Shown here in pieces: positions 59,825 to 64,000 of a stretch of DNA of 64,000 bases. The translations under genes and the position numbers were made by a program. Origin of the DNA: Phoronis australis (Eukaryota; Animalia; Phoronida); contig NMRA01000194.1 in the NCBI GenBank assembly GCA_002633005.1, positions 499,074-563,073 on the forward strand. The letters are read 5' to 3'. The stretch's first letter is position 1; each line of letters begins with the position of its first letter. The notes under the pieces were generated by a model, which was given only the letters and a program-made list of their open reading frames with translations, was not told the DNA's origin and made no database searches.

Positions 59825-62800
59825 TGTCAGAATAAATATTGATTATGTAATTAGTAGAGTTAGTTCAATGTAAGTTGCAAAAATTTGTGCACGGGGCCAA
59901 ACTTGTTTACATGTATTTTGATATCGATATCAATTTTTATATGTTGTTTACCTCCTTTTTTCTGAGGTCAATGCACTGTAAAGATTTTAGAAATTCCTAA
60001 GATCAGATCGTAACAGCCAATGATACGATTAGGTAAGATCATTTAGTTTTTATTAGCCAATCGTTAAACTTTACTATAATTTGAGCATAAGGCTGGAAAA
60101 TGGTTAGATGGCATTTGGGGGTTGAAGCTATAGGACTTTTCTTCAATGTACTGAAGGAATTATAGTACAACAGAGCCATCTCGTGGAAGATTCTAATGAG
60201 GATCTTGGCAAGGGCAAAGGCTAACGAATAGAAAGTTAACTAATAGCTTGTCACTTGCATCGTATTACTACACGTGCTGTGTCATAAGGGACTGTGTCCA
60301 GCAAAAAGAATCGTGGGTAGTGATACTGCCTTCACGTCTTGCGTCACCAGGGACTGTGACCAGCACGTACAATGTAGCAATACAGTGTGTGGTAGTAATA
60401 CAGTGTGTGGTAGTAATACAGTGTGTGGTAGTACAAGGATCGACCAAAAGGACTGTCATCCAACTAGTGTTGAGTCTGCATACAGTTTGGATAGCAGACA
60501 AGATGTTTGATTATTTATGGTCAATTGATTGAAGTTATTCCTACAGAGGGTACTAGCGTAGTTAATCTTCTTCATTGTTAGTTTATTTAATTAAGAACAG
60601 GTTTCACTTGCATTAATGAGTGGTTATTAAATAATAAATTAATTGCTGGATTTAATCAGCCCGATTTGAGACGTTTTCCACATGTCAGGTGTGGGATAAA
60701 TCGGACTTGAGTCCATTGTTGACAGGTAAAGGCCTACAAGTTTTCAATACCGTGCCTTCTGACCAAATTAACAACTGCGACCAACTACAGTTGGAGCTGC
60801 TGAATAGGTATGAACTTACCGAAGACGGGTTCCAACGGAAGTTCAGAGAATCCAAGCCTGCAAAGGAAGAGATATGCGAACTGGTGCGGAAAATTTATGA
60901 AATACTGGTGAATCATACAAGCACCATTATGACAAAAGGGCAGGAAATCTTGGCTTCAAGGTTGAAGACCAGTCCTAATACTGTTACCAACCGAAAGTAG
61001 AAAGCTGCTACTACAGCAGAGGGAACACTATGAAGTAACCGAGCTTCTCAACAAAACAGACTGCCGAGTAAGGGATGATGGAAAGGCCAAGACATGCCAT
61101 GCCACGACAACCTGTTTAAAGTGTACATATACCGTGACCAAAGTGGGGCTGCAATTAAAGATGATATCTCAGCCATACCTGTACTTCAACATGAAATAGG
61201 CAATGAGGTTGGTGTTGCCAGTTGTGTGCGCCTACTACATCTGGGATCGACAAACCAATAAGAAACGTAAAAAGATGTCAAGATATTAGATGACCTCACT
61301 ACTAGCCAACGAAAGGAGGTGACAAGTCTGCTAGAAGGGTACTCTAACATCTTTAGTGAGGTTCATGGTACGACTCATTTGGTTGAGCACAAGATTGAGA
61401 CCACCTGTGAAGAGCCGATGAGAGTCAAACCATATTACCTGCCGTATGCCACACGGTCTGTTGTGCAAGTGGGAGTTGACAATATGTTAAAGTATGGAGT
61501 CATAGAGCAATCTGATACCCCCTACAACTCTCCATTGGTCTTGGTGAAGACGAAGATGGTTCAAATCGATTCTGTATCGATTTTTGTCGTTTGAACGCTA
61601 TCACCCAGCTTGACTCGGAACAGATAGGCAACCGTGACAAAGACCAGTAAGGATCACTACTTTCTTAGTATAGGTTATAGGCAAGTCATTTTTGCCGAGG
61701 AATCATTGCCTAAGACCTAGTTTATAGTACCAAGTGGTTTCTATAAGTTCGTAAAGGTGTCATTTGGTCTGGTACACTCGGCAGCGACCTTCAACCGTAG
61801 GACGAGGAAGATACACATAATGTAGAACATTTTGTGGATGACATTCTTTGCCACAATACGACCTGGACTGAACACCACGCAACTCTGCGAGACACCTTCC
61901 AACGTGTACGAGAGGCTGAGCTAATGATCCTACCCACCAAGTGTTCGGTTAGATCTCGTTCCGTCCATTTCGTGTAACATGTGGTCGGTGAGGGGCACCT
62001 GGCAGTGGATGAAGAGAAGCTGGGACGCATCTGAGATGTATCATGACATCATGAGGTGGACCTTGCAAAATCATCGATTTAAGGTGGACGCTATTAAAGG
62101 CTCGGTGAATGTTGTTGTTGATTACCTTAGAAGGTTAGAGTATTGATTACACCTGGAAGTTGGAGTATTTTCCTGAGAAGGGTTTGATTTATCAGAATAA
62201 ATATTGATTGTATAATTAGTAGAGTTAGTTAAACTTACGTGTCCCAAATTTGTGCTTTTAAAACTGTTGTGGCTTGATACACAGGTTCTCGTGCAGCTTA
62301 CCTTTACTCATATGAAAGCTTGAATACACGCTTGAGATGACGACCCACAAACGCAGACGTCCAGCGTGCAGCAGAGCCACACGAAGAGAGACCTCTCGAT
62401 TCCCCAGTCACGTGACAAAACTAGAACTTACAACATCGGGCCACTGACGGAAACCCACGGACGAACACGAACACACAAGACAACGCGAAAGACGAGACCA
62501 CACAAACCAACATTCACAACAAAACCATAGGGTCAAACTTGTTTTCATGTATTTTGATGTCAACATCTATTTTTAAATGTTGTTTACATCTGTTGTTCTG
62601 GGGTCAATGCCCTGTAAGGATCCTAGAAATTTCTGAGGTCAAGTTGTAATATTTAATAAGGTTTTTATTAGCCAGTCGTTAGGCATTATTATAACTTGGG
62701 CAAAAGTCTGGAAAATAGTTGGGTGAAGTTTGTGAGTCCAAGCTATAGGATTTGCTTCAGTGTACTGAAGGAATTATAGTACAACAGCCATCTTGTGGAA

Positions 62801-63215
62801 GATTCTAAAGAGGGTCTTGGCACATTGTGGGTAGTAAGATACTGCCTACATGTGTTGCGTCACGAGGGACTGTGATCAGCAAGAGGAGTTGTGGGTAATC
62901 AGATTCTGCCTACACGTGTCGCTAGCGTGGTGTATCGTGGGTAGAGCAATACTACAGACTTGTGTTGCGTCGCTAAGGACTGTGACTAGCAAGTACAGTG
63001 TTGAGTCCTGCAAACAGATTGGATAGCAGATAAGACGTTTGATTATTTATGGTTAATTGATTGAATTTATGCATACAGAGGGCGCTAGCGAAGTTACTCA
63101 AGTTTTCTTTATTGTTAGTCTACTTAACTAACAACAGGTTTCACTTGCATTAAATAGTGGTAATTAAAAATAAATTAATTATTGCATCTACTAACTCTTG
63201 CTCCATCTACGCACA
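59825..63215 (+). mobile_element. Internally deleted, decayed Gmr1-type Ty3/gypsy LTR retrotransposon in intron 4 of copy 2
   Basis: LTRs at ~59825-60645 and ~62190-63215; gag relic LLTGK..LLNRYELTEDGFQRKFR; integrase C-terminus VLILLPTE..KLL; RT SPLVLVK...FVDDIL; RNase H end IKGSVNVVVDYLRR just before the 3' LTR. Confidence 0.85.
60379..60432. repeat. 18-bp tandem repeat (3 copies) within the 5' LTR
   Basis: aatacagtgtgtggtagt three times. Confidence 0.9.
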
Positions 63216-64000
63216 ATCATGCAGCATGGCTACCTTTAAGATTAAACCCACAGTCAATTCCTGGCATAGCTAAATGCCCATATTTGTCGATAAGGTCCTA
63301 CATAACCTTAAAATAGGCTCTTAATTCTTTAAAAAAACGGAACAGCAAAATGTACTTTGGTTTCCTTTGAGTTTGTGATACACTTTTCAATATGAGTCTG
63401 AAAATATGAAATGCCCTCAGATGGGTTACCTTTCTTGGTGGAAGTCGCCAGGTATATCGTTTGCTTCGAGATGAGACACAACGGTCGCACGTGACGACAA
63501 AAATTTAAATTACATTGACTCGTAATAAAGTAAAATGAAAAGTTATCAAAAATAGTCACAGGCACGAATCAAACTCATGAAATAATGCAAGTTTTCTTTT
63601 CAGGGTGGAGGAAGTCTATTCCTGAATCCAGACGGTGTTTACGTCAAAGTAGACAGTCTCGCTAATCACGACTGGGGTGACAAAATGAGCGTAAGCGTCT
63701 GGTTCAGACGTAAAAGTGCACACAACCACTGCTCCACGGTGGTTGGTAATGGTTGGTGGGATCGTGGCAGTTTTGATATAAGGTACTGGGCCATATCCAG
63801 AACATCTCTAGTAATTTTTATCTCTTCAGAGTTCCCTTTGAGGTTTTTCATATTTGCACATGTGCGAATTTTAGTAATACATTTTGAAATGAAAAATGAT
63901 TGGACTTATAGCGGAAGTTCTCATATGCGAAGATATGAAACACGTCCAAAGGGAATTTTGAAACTACCAAGGTATCTGAGGAGTTCCGGATTGTACCGAG

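Larger units (their letters stand above)
49468..63782 (+). pseudogene. PAN-WxxW-LamG paralog, copy 2, disrupted by a MITE in exon 3; continues past the window end
   Basis: Exons 49468..49798, 50705..50781, 52511..52702+53343..53376, 59067..59191, 63604..63782 match copy 1 in length and splice sites; the insertion gives an in-frame TAG at 52745-52747. Confidence 0.8.

Overview
Eukaryotic, AT-rich, intron-containing and transposon-rich DNA, consistent with an invertebrate bilaterian; the species cannot be identified from the sequence. Most ORF-track entries are spurious, and the real genes were rebuilt by hand from GT-AG splice sites with consistent phases. (1) A 5-exon secreted coiled-coil plus C-type lectin gene on the minus strand (4186-1177, 214 aa). 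(2) A Cap'n'collar bZIP gene of the Nrf family on the minus strand (8 coding exons, 12027-6370, 788 aa). It has the Nrf1-type ER/DDI2 N-terminus, the Keap1 DLG and ETGE motifs, many N-glycosylation sequons, a DSAVS degron-like motif and the CNC-bZIP. Upstream lies a short candidate alternative first exon missing from the ORF track (13164-13111, MEIEYPPVFDVSGETASL, with TATA/Inr) that would splice in frame to give a cytosolic Nrf2-like isoform; this is the top finding. (3) A tandemly duplicated gene for a secreted PAN/Apple-WxxW-LamG-like protein: copy 1 is intact (27928-38598, 8 exons, 425 aa); copy 2 (49468 to beyond the window end) has a MITE in exon 3 and a Gmr1-type LTR element in intron 4. 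The rest is nested DNA transposons (Kolobok-like with THAP relics, an Academ-like 5.7 kb insert, Harbinger/ISL2EU-like MITEs, a foldback element), LINE relics, palindromes and an ~80-bp satellite carrying CTCF-like motifs. No rRNA, tRNA or CRISPR was found.
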